This document shows, piece by piece, positions 23,507-35,949 of a stretch of DNA of 64,000 nt (positions within the stretch are counted from its first letter, which is position 1; each line of letters starts with the position of its first letter). This DNA comes from Antedon mediterranea (taxonomy: Eukaryota; Animalia; Echinodermata). Below the pieces are notes generated by a model. The model was given only the letters and a program-made list of their open reading frames with translations. It had not been told where the DNA came from and made no database searches. The position numbers and the translations under genes were made by a program. The DNA is taken from assembly GCF_964355755.1 (NCBI RefSeq), contig NC_092670.1:7740201-7804200 (forward strand), given 5' to 3'.

Positions 23507-23617
23507 TTTTTAGTCGCGTGGACGCGACTCTATAGTTCACTATTTTGGTCGGTCTGTCTGTCGGTCCGGTATCACTATGCGTTTTAGCACGCGACTTATG
23601 GCTGTTGGCCTTGTTTT
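23507..23617. mobile_element. Minimal (about 110 bp) Helentron-like element, inverted relative to 22260-23085
   Basis: TTTTT-AGTCGCGTGGACGCGACT-CTATAG...(GTCG/GTCT)n...GCACGCGACT-TATGGCTGTTGGCC-TTGTTTT: terminal hairpin, sub-terminal inverted repeat, second hairpin, T-run flanks, no TSD. Confidence 0.75.
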
Positions 23618-23798
23618 GTGTTATGTTACTGTAGACATTTATACATATGTTGCTGATTTTGTATTGCTGTAGAGATCCATATCTTCTAAGAAGAAGAACA
23701 CAGTTTCTTGTATTTTGCAACGTACATTGAATATTAAAAAACAAGGAAGTAGGCCTAAATTTAGCTAAACGGACTTTAGATGTCACATTGTATCCTTA

Positions 23799-23910
23799 AG
23801 CTGTCTGTCTACACTATTAAACTTTATGTGACAAAACAATGTGATGGAAATGATAATGTCGTATCGCTACCATATTTTAGGAACATTAGTTTGATAGTGT
23901 AGACAGAGCA
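23799..23910. mobile_element. MITE family B copy
   Basis: TCTGTCTACACTATTAAACT...AGTTTGATAGTGTAGACAGAGC inverted termini. Confidence 0.75.
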
Positions 23911-24793
23911 TACGTCTGTATCGACGGACTTTAATGTAAACTTTAATTACTTTTGTACTATCTATAGAATTATAACCCAAGGATAGTGTTATATATGGAT
24001 TGATCTAATTATGATATCTAATAACCAATGTCAGCGGCCTACTTTTCTTTTATGTACAGGCCTACTCTACCAAGGCAATCATTTACTAAACGCCTTTAAT
24101 GTTTCTTTTCAACAGGTCATCAGAGTTAATAGTGTGCTTATCATCCAATCAAATGAATGTTTGTGTTAATTAAGTTTTGGTGATAGTATACTTACTTTAA
24201 TAGCTTGAACATTTAATATCTTAATAGTTAGTAGATAAAACTGCTGCGGCACACGTTGTGTAAAGTACATATTCTTAAATAGCTGCATTTAACCTATCTT
24301 ATATAACTGTGGTTGAGGGAACGGAAACCATGTTAAATAGGCCTAAAATGTTACAGTATTATCTAACAAATACCTAATAAATATCTGAAAAGATCTATGA
24401 CTTGTGTTAGTCATCAACTAATGTTTGTTCACCAACATAGAGCGACGAATGATTACAAAATGTTGCAACATATAGTTTATGATTTACTGACTTAATAAGT
24501 ACAGACGATTTGAATGTTAGTCAATGCATTTACATTTAGAAATCTTAAAAATAGATAGATTACCTTGAAATAATGTTTCGTCTGCTAGTGCAGTGATAGT
24601 TCGGTACTTAACATAATTATTTGTCTGATCGACTAATACCTAATTTCCATTTTCCAAATTATAACGCAATTGGGAATTATATGTTTCACAACTATTTTTA
24701 TAGAATGTATACGCAATACGTCCCTTGTAATTAACGTGTGCACTTTTCTGTAGTACTATTATGCTGTTCCGTGATCTAAAAAAACGACAATAA

Positions 24794-24972
24794 TGCGTGG
24801 TTCCCATTGGCGACGCAACACAAGGACGTAACGCAACGCAAGTGAATTGACCAATCACAACCGATGGCTTATTCGCTTGTGATTGCTAACTGCATATAAC
24901 TTCGCTTGTCATTGGTTAAAACGTTTCCGTTGCGTTTACGTCATTGCGTTACGTTCTAGTGGGAACCAAGCT
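24794..24972. mobile_element. Full-length fold-back MITE family A (about 180 bp), PIF/Harbinger-like
   Basis: GCGTGGTTCCCATTGGCGACGCAAC...GTTACGTTCTAGTGGGAACCAAGCT with TAA/TTA-type flanks. Nearly identical to 44582-44760. Confidence 0.85.
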
Positions 24973-26618
24973 TTAGGATGCAACTTCATATAGAATAATA
25001 AAAATGCCAGTCTGCTAGCAAGTACATATATTCCAATCCACTGGTACCAGTAATGAACAACAAAAAATCGTCATATTTGTGACGTCACCAATACTTATTA
25101 AAATCTCGAGTTATCTTTATCGACAGAACTAATAAATAGCACGCTTATTGTCGCTCTGCATTTTGCCAAGTAGTCCCTGTGTGTTCTCAATATATTTTTG
25201 TTAAGTTCTTTTAACTTATTCTTTAACTTATTTGCCCACTAGCCACACATCTCAATTAAATATATGATGTTTATTAAAATGTGCTCATCAATTATTTATG
25301 GAAGCTAGTTAATAAAAAAACAAAAGTTATCTAGGCCTATTTCTTTCATGATTGGTCAAGTTTGGAGGTGACGCTTTGAACAAATTCTAGGTATTTGATA
25401 TACCGAGATGACAGATTAGTATTGTTCAATTTTAAACTTAATCAAAACAAACCTTTTTATATAAATTCTAAAATCAATTTACTATGGTCAAAGATGGAAA
25501 GAATAAATCAGTACATAAACAACATTATGTCAATGCTTCGACAGGTTTATTATGATTTATCATCAACTGTGTTTTTTTTTTATTCTTTTGGGTTAAGTAT
25601 CATGTTTACATTAAATTCTTGAACAAACACTTCCACTCATTCTGCAAAATTGAGGGAGTTATAAAACAAAACATTTTAATAGCAATTGACCTACAAATTC
25701 CATGAAATGCAATTATCGTATGATTTATTAGTTTATTTTAATATTCCAATGAATAATAATATTGTGGATTTTATGTGTAGGCCTATACATAATCTCATTA
25801 AGTATCAGAACATATTTTATAAGATTATCAAGGTACCGTCATTAAGCCCCTTAATTGGCTACTGGACACGCACGTAACTACAATTCTGACGCCAAAAACG
25901 ACATCCCACAAAGCTCTAAAGTACGTGTATGCCTATTTAACTAAATTGCACAGTAATATTAATAATAATGATAATAGTATGTTTTATTAGTACAGTAAAC
26001 TTGTTTCTAGCGGCAGCGCTTATAGTCACAACCTCTTCCAAAACCGAGAATTTTAACCAGAAAGTGAAAATTATGCGCAGAAAGGACTTAACATAATAGA
26101 ACACAATATGATGGTACAGTAGGTTGAACACAAAGAAAGACCGACATTGAATTTCACTTTCTGTAAAGTGTTATCCTTGTTAATTGAAATATGTTATTGA
26201 TATGGTTGACTACGAACGGTAGCCTATACATGTTTATTAAATAATTATTATCATTTTAATGCAGCGCTTGACACTACTAAACACTAAGATTACTGATTGT
26301 AGAATAATGCGTTGTTCTAAGCCGCTGAAAAGTCACTGAAATTTAAAAATCTCTATTTGTTTGTGAAATATCCCCATATGCTACTACTGCCACGCCCGCA
26401 CATAGCTGGTAGAAATGAAGCATTGAATTACCTTAAAATCTTTTCCACAATTGGTGGTGCTACATACTATAGACCTATCACTATTGTTAGGCTAATTGTA
26501 TAGAGGGCAGGTTAGTCGTCTACAGAGGGCGTGCTATATCCGGTTTCAGATAGGGAATTTTATCGACGTTTTCAGACCAGTTTTTTAACTGCTTCAGATA
26601 GTAAAGTAATAGTATTAC

Positions 26619-26648
26619 CAGGGAAGAGTGACATATCACTCTTCAATG
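26619..26648. mobile_element. 30-bp hairpin with near-perfect 7-bp direct flanks (same TIR family as 41076)
   Basis: GTATTAC-[CAGGGAAGAGTGA CATA TCACTCTTCAATG]-GTATTAG. Confidence 0.7.
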
Positions 26649-29600
26649 GTATTAGTCTTTGATTGTTTGATTCTTTCTGATCAGTATGTGGTTTACAATG
26701 CAATCCACTCACCGAAAAGAATATACACCAGTCAATAGAGCGCAGGATACAACCGGTTATGGATAAAAACTATTCAGTTCGGACTTTAGTTCTACTCATC
26801 CAAATAGAGCAGTATCCTACATCATCATAACGAAATGGTTCAATGATTCTCGGTACTGTCATATAGGAATAATTATTCGCTAATACAACATCACATGTGT
26901 TTCACATATCTTTTATTAAATCATTTACCATAACCTAACTGAGATGCTGTATATACTGGGCAAATATTGTGGAGAAACAGCACCGGTAATCGGGTATACC
27001 GTATTACACTGTTATAGTTTATACTAGTTATACTTTTAAGAGGCATTGACATTTACGTCAATTATATAATTTACGGTGACGAAAGGTAAAGTAACATACG
27101 TTACAAATTGATTTAATATGAACACTACATCCCGGCATTATGATAATTTATGACATCAACTACATAAAATACCAGTATACAATATAACACATTAACCTTG
27201 TACACAACCCACATAAGCTTATATTTTCTCCTGAACAGTGTTCACTTTCAGCATGACCTCACTAGAAACGAAGATTACGTGTGTTTAAATTACATCAATC
27301 TATTCATTTATCCATCCAAATTAACTAAATAGACGTCGTATTCTTTAACATATACCTTTCAGTCATTATTCAAGTTACGCAAGTATTATGGCATGCGCCA
27401 TTGATACTTTAATGCGAAAGAAAACAGCTGCAGATATAAAAATGTCTATGTCACATTATACGCCCGAGTGATATGTCAAAAGGTGTAGAAAACAGTTGTT
27501 TTAGAATTATACTATATTAATAAATGTCAGAGTGAAACAACATAAAACAGCAAGTTAAATAGACGGCGTTGAAATCATGAACGAAATAAAATAATGCTAG
27601 GTACTACTGTAGCTAAACCTTGTTTTGTTTATGTGGATATTTTATGACTAAATTGCCGTGCAGGCGATCGTTAAATACTGATTGATTTATTGGTATTGAT
27701 TACTCGTGGTTTGCTGTTTTTTGCTTGTTTATTGATCGACTGACTTTGACTGATTATTATTAATAGATAAAATAAGGAATAACTGGACAGAATTATTGTA
27801 TACTTCAAATATATAATATTCATTTTAACACACACAAAACTGTGAGAAACTGCTGTACTGAAACTAGTCATCTATCTGATGTGATGTGCAATGTTCTTTA
27901 TTAGTACTTTGAAGTTCGATTTGAAATTACCCAATTCAGTTTCTATCACATGATATGCGCACAACCCCATTGTTGGTTTTGCGGCATAGAACCCCTCCAA
28001 AACTAATTCAATTTCAACATGTTTATCCACGTCACGGATCAACATTATATTGTGTATTTTGAATTAGTATGTATTACATCGGTCGGTATTGCAACTATGT
28101 CAATTTTAATTAAAGGTCATGTAAAATAGTATTAAAGGTGTCTGGAAAACATTAAAATGTATGCCTATTTTAACTCATGTATTTATATGTTACTATACAT
28201 TTCGGTATAAAGCTTAATTTTACTTTTCCAAATACAGATTAGGGAATTGCATGTATATGACAGCAGCCATAGTAATATACACGTAATGTATACATTAATT
28301 TAAAATAAACATTTAAAACAGCTTAAAAGTTGACTGTAGACAAGCTAAGACAAGGAGGATAAAAATAACTCATTGTGTATCGCCTGTAGCGCCCGATATC
28401 ACGTGACTTAGTGAAGGACGTTTAGAGAATGATACAATAGTAATGATACTGCGAAGACAATACAAAAACACATAATTGACTTTTGTGGCCATATTAATGT
28501 CAGATAAATCTATATGCGATTTTTGTTTCATATTTTATTACGCTCGCGCTTTCATGAATCCGAAGTATACCGCAATAAAAAAACGACACATTCCAAAAAA
28601 ATAGAATTATGAGATAACGAAACATTACAGTTTGTTTCTTCTCTAGATAATGTTGGTGTTATTGGTTTTTCTTGCTGAGAAGATGATAATAAATATTCTA
28701 AAGGCTAGATATCATATTTCTAAAATGAGATTTTATATTTTGTGTATATACCTGCGGTCTATTACTTGTGTGGGAGTTACATATGAATTGTATGGCAACA
28801 GTTAATTGTTACCATATGATTTATATTATCTACATATTTTCAATAATATTTTCTATTTTAAAATCCAAGATGGCGATCCAGGGAGAGTGAAATTTTACTC
28901 TTCTTTGGCTCCCACTATAAACCATGTATAAAAGGATCTTCGACTGTAATTTCAATCTATTGCATGACGGTCTCAAATTCATTTAGGGCACTAGGTTTTT
29001 GAAAATAATTAGGCCCATCTTTAGTAGCAGGATAACATGCAAGAATATGATACAATTGTCCCGTATAGGCTACAATTCAATCTTCCGTAAGTTTTTTTTA
29101 ATGTTTAGTACCGTATATCTTTATTTGGAATTGTTTTTTTATTTTCATAGAGACGGCCTTGTATTGTATTTCGAGTTTTATTGTATCGGTGCTTCAAAAG
29201 TGTATGTTACAAAATAATAAACCTGTATTACAATGTTATATAATACGCTTAACAAAGTTACGGTGCATTTTCTAAGATGTGTATGTTTACGTCATGCTTA
29301 CCGCGCAGCTACACTCGACCCAAACACGTAAAAATGACTTATGATCGTTACTCGTGTTTTAAAGAAGTTTCCGCTAGAGAAAACTATAACGTATACTGTA
29401 CTATTTGTTTCAATTTTCACGAGTTTCATCGAGTGCGGGTTGTGTAAACCTGCCCGACAATTGCGTGAAAACTGCTCCAAAGAGATTTCGTGCGTTAACA
29501 ATGCACATATTACAGTAATATAATGTGTGGTAATACATAATGAAATGTAATGTTAGTTACATATAAAATGTAGCACAGTGTAGGAATATTAACAGTAATT

Positions 29601-29940
29601 CTGATTCTCATCAAATTATAATTCCTTACATCATGGACTTAACGTGTTAATATTATTAGGTTCTGTAATATGACTTGAAATGTACAACAAAATATGCTGT
29701 ATTAAGTTACGTAGTATTTTTGAAAAGGTCATGAATATAACATATTTAACATAGATATACATAAGTTAAAATGCCAACATGAAAGAAATTTCGATATTAA
29801 AACAATGTCGTACAAAGATTGTTCTTAAAATCAGAACGATCATTATGGTGATTGTCACCCTGTCCCACCTGGAACTATAATTGACCAACCAAGTACGCAC
29901 AAATGCTAACCACTGCATAACACAGAAAGGGAAGAAAATT

Positions 29941-30109
29941 AAACTGGCAGCCCAGAGAGCCTAGGTTTCAATATATAACTATATGAATATGGTGTAGGTT
30001 ACTAAATGTAATTAAAAATGGGTCCCTGCCGGGTACACCCCGCTGCGTATTATAGACGTGGGGGACCAAGAAAGGCTCATCTAACCAAATGTCTCTGGGC
30101 TGCCTGTCT
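29941..30109. mobile_element. MITE (about 170 bp)
   Basis: GGCAGCCCAGAGA (29946-29958) is the exact reverse complement of 30092-30104, with imperfect extension on both sides. Confidence 0.6.
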
Positions 30110-31220
30110 ATTAATATTGATCTGGTATTCATTTCATAGCTAAACCCACAATTCGATCATGGACGTGTGTTATAGAAAAGCACTACGCTCGTCATAATAA
30201 CACGTACTTCGGTTAGATTCTATCCTAAGAATTCTCGCTTATAGGGACATAAAAACATTATCTACAGTAATCTTCGGTCAACATTATTATGCTTGCGCTT
30301 TGACTAAATGTATCGAGGTCTAATCTGACGATTTAATGCAACAGAGTTTTAGGCTTATAGCCAATCCAATGAAGAATATATTTTACTCCGGTCTATAAAA
30401 CATTTGATACAACTAAGTAGAGAAAATAATCTTATGGGTTGCACATTTATTGCAACATTACATTTATATTATAGTTCGATGCTCATGCTAACTGAACATG
30501 ATGTGCTGGCGGAACTGTGAATATGTGTGTGTAATTCTTGTTATAGTCCACTGGGTTGTGCGAGATGGTAATGTGAAGAATAATATTGAAATCAAGTAAT
30601 ATATATTGAGTTCAAATCTGGGCAACGGCGGTCTATAAACAAAAGTTCAGACAACAGGAAAAGAAAGGCTTGGTCACTCACTACAAAATTTCATTATGAA
30701 TAATATAGTTTTAAATATTAGATTAAACTTATGTACTACAATCAAAACTTCATCAGCATTGGTGCAAATTAATATTTTAGGTTGTGATTGTGGTGGACGA
30801 TATTGTGGATAATTTTCTGTTTGATGTTTGGCACAAATATAAGCGTGCGTTTTTGTGGGGTTTTTTTGAGTGAGTGATAGATAACAATAATAGGATTATT
30901 ATAAGTTAGTTGGTTTCCTAGTTTGAATGTTGGCAGCGGCTATTTAGTACATTTGTTATTATATATTTCAACAGAAGGTCTATCGCTTGAAAGATTACAG
31001 ATTTAATAGAGTGTCTGTGGTGGTTGCCGTGGACAGAGAGATGGCACAACTAGTTAACAATAAACATTATATTGGAGACTAGCACATAATACATAGACAT
31101 AATAGATAATAATAATGGAAACAGTTAACAGGTCACACATGTCTTGAAAAAAAAATTTTGACCAATGATACTGAGATAATGCACGAGAAAAGCGCGGCAA
31201 ATAATGCCCAGTGCGAAATG

Positions 31221-31555
31221 ATTGATTGATTGAAATATATTGATTGAAATATTTATTTATACTGGGTAACCTCTTCAGTCAAAGACTGGTCTCCCAGAGG
31301 GCCCAGTTGGTGATCAGTGGCTGTGAGTGTACTAGTACACCGGGGTAACCCCCTACTCGTCTCGAAAGATGTACTAGGTTCTTTAAAGTGTACACGAGCT
31401 AGATGTGTACACTGGACCTACGGTTTATAGTCCTTATCCGAGAAGACTCTTTCTACCACCAGAACCATGGAGTGGGTGAGCCTCGAACCCCTACCGATGT
31501 TATGGCTACGTAATTACGGTTCCACTGTCTTAACCGCTCGGCCACTCACTCACTC
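31221..31555 (-). mobile_element. Full-length tRNA-derived Deu/Nin-domain SINE with L2/CR1-type stem-loop tail
   Basis: Minus strand: A-box TGGCCGAGCGG, B-box GGTTCGAGGC, Deu/Nin-like core GGATAAGGACTATAAACCGTAGGTCC...TTAAAGAACCTAGTACATCTTTCGAGACGAGTAGGGGGTTACCCCGGTGT, structured tail, AATAAA, (TCAA)n. Confidence 0.85.
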
Positions 31556-32088
31556 GCAAATGGAATTTGCCAAGTTTGTTTTAGGCACTTTAAGGTTGAA
31601 TTTATCAATGGATGGAGACAGACAGTGGCTAGGTTGATACATTGATATAATATCTTCAATTATCAGAAATAATAATAGTTCTTAGTAGAATTATTCCGGC
31701 TGACTGAACCAAATATTCACAAAGCACAAGAAGCATCAGTCACTTTCGTTTGTTAAGTTGGGCATACCTTATGAAATGGAAAAGCTTCTTTTCTGAAAAG
31801 CTGATAAATCCTAAAATATCAGATGCCTGTATCAATAATATCGAATGACACACACTGTATAAAATATGTGAATCTAAGCCATTAACATTACCTGTTAATA
31901 TACGACGATGAAAGATGGTTGGCCAAATCGAGTTGATGGGTGGACATATTCCGTATACAAACACCTTATCGTCATACCATCACTATACGCTTTTCTCTTT
32001 CAAGTAATATATTTCACGTTTAAAAAAAATATACTGTAAAAAGTATACAAAAATTAAAGAAAATAATTGTTCTGATGAATGACATTAA

Positions 32089-32713
32089 AGCCCCATTCCC
32101 TACTTTTTTAGATCTAATTTAAGATCACAAACTATATTTAATGTAAAAATAATACTATATGGTCCTATTGCGATAACTTTTTTCGTCTTTAAACGGTTAA
32201 AAATGTGAAAAATAAATCGATTTTAATAATTATAGCGGCCCGCTATAAATCCCAAAATGCATTGCGCGTGGATTGATATTGTTGTTTTTCACCTGTAATT
32301 CGCCCACTTTTCGATCGATCGTGAAGCCAAAACAAATGGAAGACTTTTTACTTTTCAGCGAAAATACCGGGTTTTCCCCAATTTGTATCAACGGAGTCTG
32401 GCAAAAATAGAAAGACAATTAATGCAGCAACTATACAACGTCAGGCTAGGTATATAGCTAGCGTACGATGTTCGTACGTTACCGATGTTTACCAGCTAGG
32501 CCTACAAAACTAAGCCTAGCTAGGCTAGGCCTGAGACCGTCCACGAGAGGTCGATCGCCGCGAGCTACTTAGGTAGTGCATTGTTTCTCACTTTTTATCA
32601 TAATTTACCATAAAACGTACATTTAAGACAAAGAATGACATGGTTTAATGTTTTTAAAGTGATATATATGTATTATTTTCCAAAAAACGTCCAAAATTGC
32701 AGGGAAGGGGTCT
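32089..32713. mobile_element. Non-autonomous TTAA-flanked DNA transposon, Kolobok-like (625 bp)
   Basis: TTAA-AGCCCCATTCCCTAC...GCAGGGAAGGGGTCT-TTAA: TIR 12/15, 5'-AG termini, TTAA TSD. Confidence 0.7.
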
Positions 32714-34046
32714 TTAAATTTTGGAATAAGAGCAATATGGCCTAAAAAATATGCCGAACTGAATATATTTGCATTGCAAATATCCAAATTGAGAGAGGTG
32801 AGTGGCAGTTTATTTATTACAATTACAATTTTACAGTAGAATAGTTGCCTATTATAGATATTGTCTAATGGTATTTAAATAGATGATAAAACATTAAAAC
32901 AATATATTTAAAACAAAGAAACATTTGTTCAGTTATTAGTTAAGAGAGAACTCACAAAGAGCGAAAAGGGGGTAAAAATAAAATAAAACGCGTGGGTGTT
33001 CAAAATCTACAAACACCTAAGAATAATGAATTAAAACATAACATTGGCGAACAGTTGTTGATTGAACTGTGCTTTTAATGGGAAACTGATCTGCCTAAGG
33101 TGTTTGATTTACCATTTATAAAGGATTCTATTTATTTATATAATTGTTGACATTTAAAGGATAACATGATGTAAAGGCACAAGGGAAGGATGCAATTACT
33201 TTCTGATGATACATGTAAACTAGCTTTGAGGTCATAGGTCATTTATTTAAAAAAAAATAAAGAACATACAGTAGACTAGAAGTCTGATGTATACATACAA
33301 GAAAATTATTTTCTAGCAATATTTCCAGAAGAAAACATTCAATTACGGCCTATAATTAACTTGTTTTCGGATACAAGGAAATTATACAATGTCGTTACAA
33401 AATAAACACATTTTAGGGTATCTTCAATTTTATACCTAATAACATTTCCATGTTCTATATGATGTTTCTTTCATAACATCCACATTATCAAGAATTTTGA
33501 TCCTAAACAAATTTGCATATTATAGTTTTGATTTTGTAGAAATAACTATTTATCTATATGTCTTTATTTAAAGGTTTTTTTCCCCTAAAAACTGGAAAAA
33601 TGAAGATTAATTTTTGGTAAAATACTTTGAATGGTTTATTTCGCAGTTTTAATGAAGTTAATACTTCCTTATAAAATAAACTAATAAAAAGAAAAAAAAA
33701 CTTTTTCATTCAACCAAAAACCCACTATAAAGAGATACTCAACAAAAACAATTTTTTAGGGGGACAATAAACTGTCGTTTAAGATGGTATCAAATTATTG
33801 CTGAAAAAATGTCCAGACTTTGACTAAATAGGTCATCGTCAGGACATCAAAGATTTTATAACGTGACCACAAGTTTAATTTTGTTGCTGAGATAATGATC
33901 TATTTAAAAAAACATGGATTTTAGATATCAATAAATATTTTCACGTCTGTTATTATCTGAAATTTAAATTGCTTTTGTTTGCTTTGCGTTTAAAACATAT
34001 GTTGCAGGTGGAAAAGAACACCGCATACTAAATCATTATATATCAA

Positions 34047-34145
34047 GCTTGCGATTTGACCAATGACAAACGATATGTTATTCGAATTGTCGCTTGTCAT
34101 TGGTAAATTCGCTTTCGTCGCGTCTACGTGCTTGTATTGCGTCTC
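34047..34145. mobile_element. Degenerate MITE family A fragment
   Basis: TTGACCAATGACAA...TTGTCGCTTGTCATTGGTAAATTCGC core. Confidence 0.65.
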
Positions 34146-35748
34146 TATGCTTCAGTAAGAATATGCAGATATTATAAACTATAATATCTCTATGGTAAGA
34201 CGGCCGATACATTCAATGATACCAGCGTAACATGTAATACTGTATAAAAGATTTTTTTCACTTTGTTATGGCAAATGTCTTCATACAGTATCGAGATATA
34301 TACGACTGAGAATCGTTTGGCAAGAAGCCTCTTACCTAAACTGTACCATTTAAATTATCAGCAGAAGATGTGTACGTGTCTGCTTATAGTGAGTCGAAGT
34401 GGAAATGGTTTTGAAAAGAATCGCCTAATACACAGAACAATCTTTGATTACAGACTTAATGTTACTTGTGGGATACATTTGGAAACATTAATCTTGGGTT
34501 TTAAATAATACACTTTGCCTGGTCACAATTAAAGAAAATAATGGGACATTTTAATAGCTTTCCGAGAAAATGTTGATTGACAGCCACAATGTACTTACTG
34601 TATCCTTTGAACCAATAAATTCCCTGAAAAGGGAAAGAAGTATCCAATTAACTTGACGACACTGCTATTACGCGCGGTCACACTAATTCATTATCATTAG
34701 CATAGGAACTCCTAAAATGTAAACAATGGGAATGTAATATTCCAGTAATGACATTATAATGCTTATCCACACACTTATCCTGACTTTTTAATTACCCTAG
34801 GTATAATCAACCACGCTCATAACATAAATCAAAAACACGAGTATTGTTACATCGCTGTTACTAAAATAAAAGATGCATGAATTTGATAAATCATTTGACA
34901 AAGATACGTTGTTCTTTAAAAAAGGTTTTTTTTTTATTAAAAATAGAAGTAAATTTACACATAAAAGTATTTATTTTAAAAAGAAGTGGTACGGCATTCT
35001 GAGAAAAATAAACAATGTATCTTTGATAAAGATGTACTTATGTACTTAATGGAATTCTATCAGAGGAGATTGTAAAAGAATGATTGCATTATATAAGCAG
35101 GAATACTAGGAAAAAGAATTTGTAAAAAAAAAATAAGATGAAATTATTAAACAAAACATCTTAAAGGGTGCCTCCGGGTTACAGAATTTTAATGAGTTTT
35201 AATAGCATCTCCAACCACATTGATGATAATCGTTAAAACAGTATTATAAAATAAGCCTTTAAAATTACGAAGACAGGAAATCAAAGAAACTTTACAAAGT
35301 TTGTAAAGTATAACAAAAACAACGTTAAAGTATTTCAAAGTATTCAAAGTGCAGTATTTAATTTGTTTTAAATGCTTATATTTTGCCACATGATATCCAG
35401 GTAAGTGACTCATTTCGCTGACAAAATCCCTACCCCAAATTCACAAACCTATACGGGCCAGATTTATGAATATCAACATACGTTTACAATAATGACTCAC
35501 AAAAAAACCATCAATAAACAATACCGTATTTCATTATCGTCAGTAAGGATTTTCTTGTCCCATGTGTAAACCAATAAATACGTCTCAAGTGCAAATTGGT
35601 TTTAAACGGGATAAACAGATATAAAATGCAGTTTTATGGTTTAATCCATTATAGATTACGTATGATAAAATTAACGTATAAAATATCACATTGATACCAT
35701 TTACAAAACAAAGAGATTCAATTGCATTGACTTCAGCACACACAATAA

Positions 35749-35949
35749 AGGGTCTTTCTGCGCTATACAATCTTTGCTTTCACACGGTTCCGGTCCGGCG
35801 AATCGAACATCAATGTTTCGTTTTTCCGACGCTCCCTGCGGCTACGCGCCAATCGATATGCGCGTAGCCGCGTGAAAACGAAACATTGACGTTCGATTGG
35901 ATTTTCCGGCGCTGGACCAGAACCGTGCCGGACAGGTGTGAAAGACCCT
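35749..35949. mobile_element. Fold-back MITE with TAA target duplication (PIF/Harbinger-like)
   Basis: TAA-AGGGTCTTTC...GAAAGACCCT-TAA. Internal arms ATCGAACATCAATGTTTCGTTTT / AAAACGAAACATTGACGTTCGAT and GCGGCTACGCGC / GCGCGTAGCCGC. Confidence 0.8.
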
